From Polyangiaceae bacterium (GTDB taxonomy: Bacteria > Myxococcota_A > Polyangia > Polyangiales > Polyangiaceae): a stretch of 64,000 bases of DNA. Made by a program: the position numbers and the translations under genes. The DNA is taken from contig CBDCTZ010000016.1 in the NCBI GenBank assembly GCA_965222375.1, forward strand, positions 2,944,001 to 3,008,000, in the 5' to 3' direction. Of the stretch, positions 10,261 to 19,857 are shown one piece after another; position 1 is the stretch's first letter; the number at the start of each line of letters is the position of its first letter. The notes beneath the pieces were generated by a model. It searched no databases. It had not been told where the DNA came from and was given only the letters and a program-made list of their open reading frames with translations.

Positions 10261-10333
10261 CCAGAAGCCGGTGGAACTCAAGGGGGGCTAGGGTACACCC
10301 AGCTGCCTCTTGACCAAGGGCCGCGAGTCACCT

Positions 10334-10357
10334 ATTGGTAACTGTCAGGTTACCAAT
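10334..10357. promoter_or_regulatory. Inverted-repeat operator of the ArsR operon
   Basis: ATTGGTAAC-N6-GTTACCAAT with perfect 9-bp arms overlapping the ATG at 10356. TTGACC at 10310 is spaced 17 bp from TATTGG. Confidence 0.7.
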
Positions 10358-10688
10358 GGTTGCTGCCCGGAAAATCCAGTCAGAAACCGTGTTCGACACT
10401 CTGGGCAGCCCGGTGCGGCGCCAGATCGTCCGATTGCTGTCAGCGGGACCCAAACCCGTCGGCGCGATCGCCCAAGCCTTGCCGGTGACTCGCCCCGCCG
10501 TTTCGAAGCACCTGAAGCTTCTCGAGTCGGCCCGCTTGGTGCGGCATGAGAGCCATGGAACCCAGAACGTATTCCGCTTGTCACCGGAGGGGTTTCAGTT
10601 GGCACGGCGTTGGCTGGACGACTTCTGGGATGATGCCCTGAGCCGCTACGCAGACGTTGCAGAACGTTCCTATCGGGAGGGCAAGTGA
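10356..10688 (+). CDS. ArsR/SmtB family transcriptional regulator
   Basis: FDTLGSPVRRQIVRLL...VTRPAVSKHLKLLESARLV, with the WLDDFWD tail typical of ArsR-SRPBCC operons. Confidence 0.92.
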   Translation: MVAARKIQSETVFDTLGSPVRRQIVRLLSAGPKPVGAIAQALPVTRPAVSKHLKLLESARLVRHESHGTQNVFRLSPEGFQLARRWLDDFWDDALSRYADVAERSYREGK

Positions 10689-11129
10689 GCGAACCCATCC
10701 GGAGAACGTTGCGATTGACGGTACCCGTCGAGCACGCGTTTCAAGGTCTTCACACATGACGTGAATGCATGGTGGCCCCACAGTCACCGCAGGTTCGACG
10801 CATCCACGCTCTCCTTCGAGGCCCATGTGGGCGGCCGATTTGTCGAAACCAGCCCCAGCGGAGAGGAGGCCGTGTTCGGTGAGGTGTTGCACTGGGAGCC
10901 GCCGCACCGAATTGCCTACAGTTGGAACCCTGGATCCAGTGTTGGACCGACCGAAGTCGATGTGCGCTTCATTGGCGAAGGTGCGGAGACTCGCGTAGAG
11001 GTCACGCATAGTGAAGCCGAAAGCGGACTGGGTGATGAGTGGCGAAAGCGCGTGCAGATCTTCGAGCGTGCTTGGGACAGCGTGCTTCCCGCGCTGTCCG
11101 AGCACCTCGCGGCGCAGTCGGAGGAGTGA
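10685..11129 (+). CDS. SRPBCC/AHSA1-like protein with an apparent extra T at 10739-10741
   Basis: GTGA-coupled start (VSEPIRRTLRLTVPVEHAF) continues as KVFTHDVNAWWP...GEVLHWEPPHRIAYSW...TEVDVRF if one T is removed. Confidence 0.8.
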
Positions 11130-11130
11130 A

Positions 11131-11550
11131 GTGAAGGAATTCAAAGCCAGTGGGCTGATCCGAGCATCGACGGAGCGCGTTTGGTCCGTGCTCATTGCTA
11201 CCGACAAGTGGCCCGAATGGGATCCGAGTTGCGAGCGCATCGAAGGGACACCCGCCCTCGGGTCGAAGATCAAAGCGTTCTCGAAGCTCAGCCCGGGGCG
11301 AGGCTTCGCGGTCAAAGTCAGCGAGCTCTCGCCGAATTCGAAGATGACCTGGTCCGGAGGCATGCCCCTGGGCCTCTTCAAAGGCGAGCGCACCTTCGTC
11401 TTGACCCGTGTCGAGGACGAGCTGACGGAGTTTACCGTGCGCGAGGTGTTCAGCGGGCCCATGCTGGCGCTGATCGGAGGCAGTATTCCCGACATGACCG
11501 AGGCCTTTGCAGGCTTCGTCGAGGGGCTCAAAGCACGAGCGGAGGCCTGA
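11131..11550 (+). CDS. SRPBCC/polyketide cyclase-like protein
   Basis: IRASTERVWSVL...WPEWDP...WSGGMPLGLFKGERTF...EVFSGP; GTG start after GAGGAG. Confidence 0.85.
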   Translation: MKEFKASGLIRASTERVWSVLIATDKWPEWDPSCERIEGTPALGSKIKAFSKLSPGRGFAVKVSELSPNSKMTWSGGMPLGLFKGERTFVLTRVEDELTEFTVREVFSGPMLALIGGSIPDMTEAFAGFVEGLKARAEA

Positions 11551-11608
11551 GCCCACGTCGGAATCCGGGATTGATCGCGGGGCGGAAACCGGCGCAGGAT
11601 AGCGCATC

Positions 11609-12031
11609 ATGCAACGCCTCCTCATGATTGCCATCGCCGCGCCACTGCTTCTTGGGTGCACCACCGAAGAGATGCGTGCTTACACGCCGGTCAAAGAGAA
11701 GACGAAGATGTCCGAGGATGTCTTGCTCACCGCTACGCGGCGGAGCCTCGATGCCAATCGCTTCGTTGCGATCGAAAAGAGCGAGCCGTATTCCCTGACC
11801 ACGCGTGAAAAGGAGGTATTCACCTCCAGCGTGCCTCGCTTGGCTTATCGCTACTCCTTCGACATCACGACCGAGGGCGGTGTTCTGAGGATCAATGCGA
11901 CCTGCGTCCAGAACAGCGCCATGAGCCGCGAATCTTACGAAGACTGTGGCGCGGAGCGGCCCGAGCGGGTGATCCGGGAACAAGAGACGCTACGCAAAGA
12001 CATCCTTGCGCGCGCCAAGAAGCTCCAATGA
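11609..12031 (+). CDS. Hypothetical lipoprotein
   Basis: Lipobox LLLG-C after a basic/hydrophobic N-terminus. Confidence 0.7.
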   Translation: MQRLLMIAIAAPLLLGCTTEEMRAYTPVKEKTKMSEDVLLTATRRSLDANRFVAIEKSEPYSLTTREKEVFTSSVPRLAYRYSFDITTEGGVLRINATCVQNSAMSRESYEDCGAERPERVIREQETLRKDILARAKKLQ

Positions 12032-12173
12032 TGGCGCAGTAGCGCAGTGATTTCGCGCTGAGCTTCGCCGTCGGCCCGGCGCCGCACCCCTTGCGCGCAG
12101 CCGCGGGCCGCAACGTGAGTTTTCGGGCAGTGCGGTCTTCCCTCCCGCTTTCGGCGGCCACACACTAGCCGGG

Positions 12174-14009
12174 ATGCCAGGACCCGCTGCTCTGCCTGCC
12201 GACACACTATACCGCCGATGCGACGTCGAGGGGCTAACCTTTGCCAGCACTCGCGAATTGAAAGCGCTCCGCGGCCCCTTCGGACAGGAGCGTGCTGCGG
12301 CGGCGACGCGGTTCGCACTGTCGATGCGACGCTCGGGGTACAACCTCTACGTTGCGGGACCGGGGGGACATGGCAAACACGCCTTCGTCGAGCATGAGCT
12401 TCGCGCCTTGGCGCGGACCAGGCAGGAGGCTCGCGACTGGTGCTACGTGCGAGACTTCGCGCGCTCCGACGGGGCGCGCGCGCTTTCTCTGCCATCGGGC
12501 AAGGCGCAGAGCTTTGCCCACGACATGGACAAGCTGGTTGACGATCTGCGGGTCGGCATTCCCGCGGCCCTTGAAAGCGACAGCCACCGAGCGCGCCTCG
12601 AAGAGATCCGCGAGGAGCTCGAAGCACGCTCTCAAGCGGTGTTTCGCCGCGTCGAAGAGGATGCACGTGCCTTCGACGTCGCCATGCTGCGGGTGCCTTC
12701 GGGTGTGGGTTTCGCGCCGATGCGGGACGGACAGGTCCTAGATCCTCAAGAGTTCGAGAAGCTTCCCCGAGAGCGTCGCGAGCTCATCGAGTCCAGCATC
12801 AAGCGATTGCAGGACAAGCTTTCCCGAGAGCTCCGCCAAATGCCCAAATGGGCCAAAGAGGCCAGAGACCGCGCCAAGGAGCTCACTCGTGAAGTGGTGT
12901 CACAGACCGTGGACCAGGCCTTCGAGGAGCTGAACGCCACGTGGTCCGATCACGAAGATGTTGCCGCCCACCTGGCGGCTCTCCGGGATGACATGCTCGA
13001 AAACGCCGGCCGCTTTCATGCCCAGGAGGATGGGGAGTCACCCGCTCAGTTGAACGTACATCGAGTCTTCGATCGCTATCGAGTGAACGTGTTGGTGGAT
13101 ACTTCCAATGCCCGTGGCGCTCCGGTCGTATTCGAGACCAAGCCCAGCCTGCCGAGGTTGGTTGGGCGAGTCGAGCATCGTGCCGAGTTGGGAACTCTCG
13201 TCAGCGACTTCACGTTGATCCGGGCCGGCGCACTGCATCGTGCGAATGGTGGCTACTTGGTGCTGGACGCAGTGGACATCCTCACGAATCCGCAGGCGTG
13301 GGCAGCGCTGAAACGGGCGCTGTATTCCGAGCAAGTTCAGATCGAATCCCTCGCGCAGGCGGTTGGGTTGAGCAGCGGGGAGAGCCTCGAACCGGATCCG
13401 ATCCCCTTGGAGATCAAAGTCGTGCTCGTCGGCGAGCGGCGGCTGTACCACCTCATGGCCGAGCACGACCCGGATATGCCCGAGTTGTTCAAGGTCCTGG
13501 CCGACTTTGATGATGTAGTCGAGCGCAACGGGGAAAGCGAGATGGAGTTCGCTCGACAAGTTGCTGCCATCGAGCAGCGTGATGCTCTGCGTGGCTTCGA
13601 GCGTGCTGCGGTTGCTCGACTCATCGAGCATAGCTCGCGCCAAGTTTCAGATCGACGGAAGCTCTCCACGGCGACCCGGGACCTCGCGGATCTTTGTCAT
13701 CAAGCGGACTTCTTCGCAGCCCAACGCAAGTCCGAAGAGGTCCAAGTTTCGGATGTCGAGCAAGCGCTCTCGGAGCGGGATGACCGGCATGCGCGGTTGA
13801 GAAAGCGTTTCGTGGAACAGATTCTGCAGCGAACGGTTCTACTCGACACGAGCGGTGAAGCCGTCGGCCAAATCAATGGTCTGTCCGTGCTCGAGTTTGG
13901 AGGTGCACGTTTCGGTCTACCGACGCGCATTACGGCGACGGCTCGCGTTGGCGACGGCAAGCTAGTCGACATCGAGCGCGAGGTTGCCCTCGGTGGGCCT
14001 ATGCACTCC
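12174..14009 (+). pseudogene. Lon-like AAA ATPase (LonB/LonC-type), truncated early in its protease domain
   Basis: FGQERA, GYNLYVAGPGGHGK, DWCYV, SDFTLIRAGALHRANGGYLVLD, VGQINGLSV, DIEREVALGGPMHS. The expected continuation with the catalytic GDSAS region is absent. Confidence 0.75.
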
Positions 14010-15501
14010 TACCCGGGTAGCTTCTTTTCGATCAATGCCAGCGGTACGGCGACCAACCCAATCGTGATCCGAGGCGCGAGCCAGACAGGTGTCGTGCTCG
14101 ATGGCGGCGACTGCAGTGGCTGCAACATCATCGAAGTCTACGGTAGCTACGTGCATGTGGAGCGCATGACGCTGAAGAATGCGCAGCGTGCGCTGCGCTT
14201 TCAGGGGGGTGGATTCCGTCGGGAACGTCGCGCGACACTTGAAGATCGAGAACGTTGTGCACGGGATCGGTTCCAAGACTGGGCAGAAGGACTTCTGGAT
14301 TTGCGATGACGATATCGATGGAAGGCTGATTTGGCCTTGGGTATTCCAGTCCAACGCCACGAGCCATTGGGATGATCGGGGCATCGAAGTGACCGGAGAC
14401 GGACACGTCGTCTGTCACAATCGGATCCGGGGGTTTGGAGACCCCGTCGTCAACAAGAAGAGCCGAGCGCGTTCCTGGGACATCTACAGCAACGACATCC
14501 TGGATTCCTTCGACGGTACGGAGCTGGACGACGGTGAAGGCAATGTGCGTCTGACCCACAATCGCTACACCAACGTGATGGACCCGGTGAGCATTCAGCC
14601 GATTTGGGGAGGGCCTGCATACGTGTTGCGCAATGTCGCGCTGAACGTGCCCGAGGAGCCGATCAAGCTCAAGAGTACCGGTGGCGTGAATGAACCAAGT
14701 GGCGCGATCATTCACCACAATACCTTCGTCAGTCCGAATCTTTCGTTGAACCTCCAGACACCCATCACGCAGCACAACTTCGTCATCTCGAACAACCTGT
14801 TCGTCGGGCCCAAGCAGCTGGCGGGGAGTCGAACCGTCGACTGGACCGCGACGATCAACGGCGGTCGTTTCGACTATGACGGCTACTTCCCGGACGGCGG
14901 CTTCTGGTTCGGCAAGGTGGGTGGGCAAAACCAGATCTGGAACAGCTTTGCTGAAGTACAGGCCGCGGGCAAAGTCGAGCAGTCCGGTGTTCTCCTCGGC
15001 GAGCCGATTTTCGAGGCAGGATTCCTTGGCCCTGCAGACGAACAACAGCATCAGAGCCCCAAGCAGTTCGTTCTTGCAGCCGGCTCCAACGCCATCGACA
15101 AAGGAGAGCCCCTGCCCGGCATCAACACGGGTGCGATTGGTGCTGCGCCAGATCTCGGCGCTCTGGAACGAGGCTGCCCCACGCCGACCTATGGGCCGCG
15201 CCCTGAGGGGCAAGATGCCGTGACCAATCTCGTCGACTGCAATGCATCCACGCCGCCACCGCCGGGTACGGGAGGCAGTGCTGGTGCCGGGGCGAGTGCG
15301 GGCGCAGGCGGGGTTGCGGGGAGTGGAGCTGCTTCAGGCTCGGGGGGCAGTGGGGGAGCAGGAGCACCGGGGAGCTCTGACGACGACAGCGGCTGCGGGT
15401 GTCGCATGGGCGCGAACACATCGGGAGGCGCCCAAGCGCTCTCTCTTGCGATTCTGTTCGGGCTTTTTCGACGGCGTCGGTGCACTCGGGCGAGCCGCTA
15501 A
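14010..15501 (+). pseudogene. C-terminal part of a right-handed beta-helix (pectate lyase-like) secreted protein with MYXO-CTERM-type tail; extra G at 14204-14209
   Basis: SGTATNPIVIRG, Asn-ladder repeats (HNRIRG, HHNTFV, SNNLFVG), SNAIDKG...APDLGALE, and tail GCGCR...LAILFGLFRRRR. No signal peptide or own start visible. Confidence 0.75.
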
Positions 15502-15599
15502 GTAGTGGAATTGTAGACACAACCTGCTTGGTGAGCGGCGGAGTTCGGCTTCGGCGTCCGGGCGGCACACCGACGGAGAATGCGGTATCATCTTCTGCG

Positions 15600-16628
15600 A
15601 TGCGAAAGTTTGCGAGCCTCGGAGCTGTCTTTGGTCTAGTGGTTGCGAGCGTCGCCTGCGGCAGCGATGACGGAGAAGGAGTCGCCGGGCCACAGTTCGG
15701 CACTGGGGGCGCCGCCGCGGCGAGCGGTAACGGTGGAAGCGGTGCTGGCTCCGCCGCCACGGGCGGCAACGCGGGTGGCATTCAGATTGGCGGCGCGGGT
15801 GGCGGTTCCGGTGGGGGGCAAACCGGCTGCACCAAGACGGACTTCTTGTTCGTCGTGGATTCGTCCATCTCGATGCAAAACGAACAGGCCGCGCTCACTG
15901 CGGCCTTCCCGAAGTTCATCTCGTCGATTCAGAGCGCCACCAAGATCAGCGACTACCACATCATGGTAGTCGACACGGACGCCGAAACCCGATGCACCAA
16001 GAGCGCCTGCTCGGGGTCGCCGCACAAGACTTGTAACAACTACGCCTGCAACAACGTCTACTCGGGCTGCGACAAGCAGCGAGGCGCGGGCGTCATTCAG
16101 CCCACCGGTCAGGGCTCCAGCAACCAGGTCTGCCCCATCGACGGCGGCATTCGCTACATGACCGAGAGCCAGACCAACCTCAGTGCCACGTTCTCTTGCG
16201 TGGCGACCCTTGGCCTGGCCGGCCACCCATCCGAGCGTCCAATGGAGGCCATGGTCGCTGCGGTCAGCCCCGCCATGAACGATACGGGTGGATGCAACGC
16301 CGGGTTCTTGCGCAAGGACGCGATTCTGGTCGTGACCTTCATCAGCGACGATCCGAACAAGGAGGACACGGGTAACGCGCAGCAATGGTACGATGCCGTC
16401 GTGGCCGCCAAAGACGGCAAGCCGGAATCCGTGGTCATGCTCGGGCTGATCCCCGACGGTGCATCCCCGAATCCGACCAAGCAGTTGCACTGGCATGACT
16501 TCATCAAGCTATGGGCAGCCAGAGGGCTCAAAGGTGACGTGACCAGTACGGACTATTCCCCGTTTTTCGATAGCGCCATCGCCATCATTGACGAGACCTG
16601 CAACAACTTCGTGCCACCCCCGCGGTAG
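15600..16628 (+). CDS. Myxobacterial Cys-rich lipoprotein with VWA-like domain
   Basis: Lipobox VASVA-C, Gly linker, DFLFVVDSSISM (MIDAS-like), GFLRKDAILVVTFISD. Confidence 0.75.
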   Translation: MRKFASLGAVFGLVVASVACGSDDGEGVAGPQFGTGGAAAASGNGGSGAGSAATGGNAGGIQIGGAGGGSGGGQTGCTKTDFLFVVDSSISMQNEQAALTAAFPKFISSIQSATKISDYHIMVVDTDAETRCTKSACSGSPHKTCNNYACNNVYSGCDKQRGAGVIQPTGQGSSNQVCPIDGGIRYMTESQTNLSATFSCVATLGLAGHPSERPMEAMVAAVSPAMNDTGGCNAGFLRKDAILVVTFISDDPNKEDTGNAQQWYDAVVAAKDGKPESVVMLGLIPDGASPNPTKQLHWHDFIKLWAARGLKGDVTSTDYSPFFDSAIAIIDETCNNFVPPPR

Positions 16629-16768
16629 TCAAGCGTCGAACAGGGTCGTCCGCTGCGACGTAGGCGGCACGAAACACGCCCGGTACTGGTCGTTCATCAG
16701 TAGCCAAGTGGCATTCGGCCATCGAGCGGTGCCCAGAGCCAGCTCATGCTGAGCCCCCGGCAATTGCC

Positions 16769-17161
16769 TTGGAGCGCGTCGAAGACCAACGCATCACGTG
16801 GGCCATCGACGAGATCTGTCGTCGCGAAGAATTGACGCCTCGGGAGGTGGACTTGCTGGTTGCGGCGGTTGCTGGCGTCCCAAGAAAGACCCTTTCGGAT
16901 GAACTTGGCGTCAGCGAAAACACGCTGAAGACGCAGGTGCGTGGCCTCTTGCGCAAGACGGATGCTGGCACCCTCGAGGAACTGGCGCGTAACACCCTTC
17001 AACTCGCCCTCGCGGATTCCAATCCCCATCGGGTGAGCAGCATCCCGCCCGAGTCCAAGCATCGAGGCCCGCCGAGCATTCGACCCTCGGGCACCCGCAC
17101 CCGCGTGAATCCCGACGACGAAGAGTTGGCGGAGTTCCGTAAGCGTTACGGTGACGGCTAA
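16769..17161 (+). CDS. LuxR-type HTH regulator (start uncertain)
   Basis: LTPREVDLL...G...LSDELGVSENTLKTQVRGLLRK. Confidence 0.8.
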   Translation: MERVEDQRITWAIDEICRREELTPREVDLLVAAVAGVPRKTLSDELGVSENTLKTQVRGLLRKTDAGTLEELARNTLQLALADSNPHRVSSIPPESKHRGPPSIRPSGTRTRVNPDDEELAEFRKRYGDG

Positions 17162-17202
17162 CCCAGCTGGTCCACTGCACTGCGGGGTGATCGGGGACGA
17201 TT

Positions 17203-17240
17203 AAACTCCGATTGACGACCGGAGTTTTGTGGTTGATATT
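17203..17240 (+). promoter_or_regulatory. Operator palindrome over a sigma70-like promoter of the BlaI-efflux operon
   Basis: AAACTCCG-N9-CGGAGTTT (17203-17227) encloses TTGACG; GATATT lies 17 bp downstream. Could also act as a terminator for the LuxR gene. Confidence 0.6.
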
Positions 17241-17246
17241 TGTCGC

Positions 17247-17648
17247 GTGTCGAAGCGCGCGAAGCCCTTGCCAGCCTTGGGAGACCTGGAGTTGGCCGCT
17301 TTGGAGCATCTGTGGAACGCAGGTGAGTCGGATGTGGCGACAACTCACGCGGCAATTGGGCGTCGCAGGGGGATATCCCTGAACACAGTCGGATCCGCTC
17401 TGGAGCGCCTCTACAAGAAGGGGCTAATCGCGCGGAAGAAAGTTTCCCACGCGTTTCAGTATCACGCGGTAGTGAGCCAAGACGAGCTGACGGCTCGGCG
17501 AGTGATGGACGCCGCTGGTGGCGTTGAAGCCCTCGCGGGTGCGGGGCTGCTTGCTGCGTTCGTCGACTTGGTGGCAGAGGCAGACGAAGCCGCTTTGTTG
17601 CGCCTGGAACGCCTCGTCGCGCAGAAGCGCGGGCAGGGGGACTCATGA
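17247..17648 (+). CDS. BlaI/MecI/CopY family repressor
   Basis: LGDLELAALEHLW...SLNTVGSALERLYKKGLIARKKVSHAFQY...LLAAFVD. Confidence 0.9.
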   Translation: MSKRAKPLPALGDLELAALEHLWNAGESDVATTHAAIGRRRGISLNTVGSALERLYKKGLIARKKVSHAFQYHAVVSQDELTARRVMDAAGGVEALAGAGLLAAFVDLVAEADEAALLRLERLVAQKRGQGDS

Positions 17649-18613
17649 CCCCCACACTGGTGGTTCTATGGGTCGCCGCCACCGCCGCCGTGGCCTGGAT
17701 CACGTCCCTGGTCGTGGGGTTGTGCTTGGCGGCGCAGCGTCACCGGATCGACGAGCTGATGCCGGCAGCGCAGACCCGTGTTCTCTCCGCTGCCGCCGCC
17801 GCGCCCCTATTCGTTGCGACGCTGGTCATGACAGCCGCGCTAGCGCCAAACTTCGGGTGGGTTGTGGATCACTGTCTCGATCTTTCCAGCCACGCGGCTC
17901 ATCCGCACATATGTATCGATCATCACGGCACGACGGTGCCGTCGCTATCCCTACTGCTTCTAGCGGGGCTGATGACAACGCGGCTTGGAGCGATCTTGGT
18001 TGGATTGGTTCGCAACGCCTGGACGTCAAATGACGCCAGCGAGGGGTTGCGGCGGTCGAGACTGAACCGTGCGCGCCTCAATGTACTGCCGCTGCCGGAG
18101 CCCCGAGCGTTCGTCGCCGGTCTATGGCGTCCCGTCGTGTACGTGACAGAGGGACTGCTGGATCATCCCCATCGCTCACATCTCAGAGCGGTGCTTGCCC
18201 ATGAGGCGGCGCACGCGCGAAACGCGGATCCGCTGCGTAAATTCGTCCTAAAGCTGCTGCTTGCCTTTCATCTACCGGGAATTTCCCATTGGATTGAGCG
18301 CAGCTACGGTCGTGGTCTAGAGGTGCGCGCTGACGAGCAGGCAGCCCGAAGCGTTGGACCCGTTCGAGTCGCCGAAGCGCTGATCCACCTCGCCCGTTTC
18401 GGCGCGACCCGATCCGCGGGGGCAGTGAGTTTCGTGCGCTCAGATCTCGAGTATCGTGTGCACCGGTTGCTGCGACCGAAGACTCCTCAATCAGCAAACC
18501 CAGACTGGACGTTGATTGCACTCGCCGCTGCGTCCCTGATGGTCGCCACCGCGTTCGGCGCGGACGGTGTCCACCACGGCGTCGAGCATCTACTCGGCGT
18601 GCTTTCCACCTGA
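17645..18613 (+). CDS. BlaR1-like M56 membrane metallopeptidase without penicillin-binding domain
   Basis: TM helices, AFVAGLWRPVVYVT, HEAAH zincin motif, EVRADEQA; ATGA-coupled to the repressor. Confidence 0.88.
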   Translation: MTPTLVVLWVAATAAVAWITSLVVGLCLAAQRHRIDELMPAAQTRVLSAAAAAPLFVATLVMTAALAPNFGWVVDHCLDLSSHAAHPHICIDHHGTTVPSLSLLLLAGLMTTRLGAILVGLVRNAWTSNDASEGLRRSRLNRARLNVLPLPEPRAFVAGLWRPVVYVTEGLLDHPHRSHLRAVLAHEAAHARNADPLRKFVLKLLLAFHLPGISHWIERSYGRGLEVRADEQAARSVGPVRVAEALIHLARFGATRSAGAVSFVRSDLEYRVHRLLRPKTPQSANPDWTLIALAAASLMVATAFGADGVHHGVEHLLGVLST

Positions 18614-18633
18614 GGACGAAGGGGGATCGGGGA

Positions 18634-19857
18634 ATGAACTTCGCCACATCTCAAATTCCGATTGGCGCTCGGATTTTGGCTCTCCAACTCTGCCTCGCGT
18701 TGACCTTCGCGAGTGGCAACGGGAATGGCCAAGAGCTGACCGAGGCCGACATCGTTCGCCGAGTCAAGTCGACGTCCCCCGATGTGCTCGCGGCGAGAAG
18801 CGAGGTTCGGATGCTCAAGGCTCGAGAGCTGACGGAGCCTCATCCGAATCCGGAGCTCAGCATCGATCGAGAGCAGCTGCTTGGCGACCCCAAAGAGATC
18901 GAGGATACGCTGGCGCTTTCAGTCCCCATCGACTTGTCCGGTCGCCGCAGCGCGCGAGCTGCGTTGGCGCGCGCCGAAACCCAGAGCGCAGCCTCGGGCG
19001 CCGCGCGCCTCAGCAGTGAACTCACCCGGCGCGCTCTACGCACGTTCTATCGTGGCTTGGCAGCGCGCGAGCGCGCCAAGTTGGCGCGGGCCCTTGTTGC
19101 ACGTCTGGTCGAAGCCACTCGCGTATCCAAGAGCCGCCTCTCCCAAGGCACATCCAGCGGCTACGACGTCAGTCGCATCGCTCTCGACGCGGATCTCGCT
19201 CGCAGTGACTTGGCAAGCGCGGAGGCGACAGAGCGCCGTTGTGCCGTCGAGCTCGGCAGCCTGCTGGGGCTGCGTCCTGAGGGGCTGAAACTGACGGGCG
19301 ACTTGGCAGTTGCGCCCATTCGAGATTCGGGCGGCATGCGCCCATCCGTCGAGAAGCAACGCATGGCGCTCAACGCCGCGAAGCAAGCTCGAGACAGCGC
19401 GGACAGTGCTTGGGTGCCCCAGTTGGCGGTCAATCTGGGCGCCCGTCGGGCGGACTCTACCTCGCCGCGTTACGGCTACGTGGCGGGCCTGAGCGTGGAG
19501 CTCCCGATCTTCTCTCGCAGCCGCGCGGTCAAAGCCGAAGCCAATGCTCGGTTGGAGCATGGCGCAGCGCAGCTGCGCGCCCTCGAGCGTCGTGCAAAGA
19601 CAGCGCAGGCGGTTGCTCGGTTGGAGCTAACCACGGCACTCACAGAGCTGACGCGTTTCGATCGCGCAACAGAGCCCCATGTGAAGCGATCTCTCCGTGC
19701 GGCTCGCAGTGCGTACCGTGAGGGCGAGCGCGGCGTCACCCAGCTGCTCGATGCGGAACGGGCCGGTTTGCAGGTTGCAAAGCGCTCCTTGCAGCTCCGC
19801 CTGCGAGCCAAGTTCGCTGAATTGGACTTACGAGCGGCGCAGGGGCAGTTCGAATGA
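18634..19857 (+). CDS. TolC/CzcC-like outer-membrane efflux protein
   Basis: PNPELS, LSVPIDLSGRR, GLSVELPIF, AYREGE...LLDAER; first of a three-gene RND set. Confidence 0.85.
   Translation: MNFATSQIPIGARILALQLCLALTFASGNGNGQELTEADIVRRVKSTSPDVLAARSEVRMLKARELTEPHPNPELSIDREQLLGDPKEIEDTLALSVPIDLSGRRSARAALARAETQSAASGAARLSSELTRRALRTFYRGLAARERAKLARALVARLVEATRVSKSRLSQGTSSGYDVSRIALDADLARSDLASAEATERRCAVELGSLLGLRPEGLKLTGDLAVAPIRDSGGMRPSVEKQRMALNAAKQARDSADSAWVPQLAVNLGARRADSTSPRYGYVAGLSVELPIFSRSRAVKAEANARLEHGAAQLRALERRAKTAQAVARLELTTALTELTRFDRATEPHVKRSLRAARSAYREGERGVTQLLDAERAGLQVAKRSLQLRLRAKFAELDLRAAQGQFE

Noticed and set aside
14204..14209. Programmed frameshift or phase variation at G6
   Set aside because: The run is short and similar single-base indels occur elsewhere, so sequencing error is the simpler explanation.
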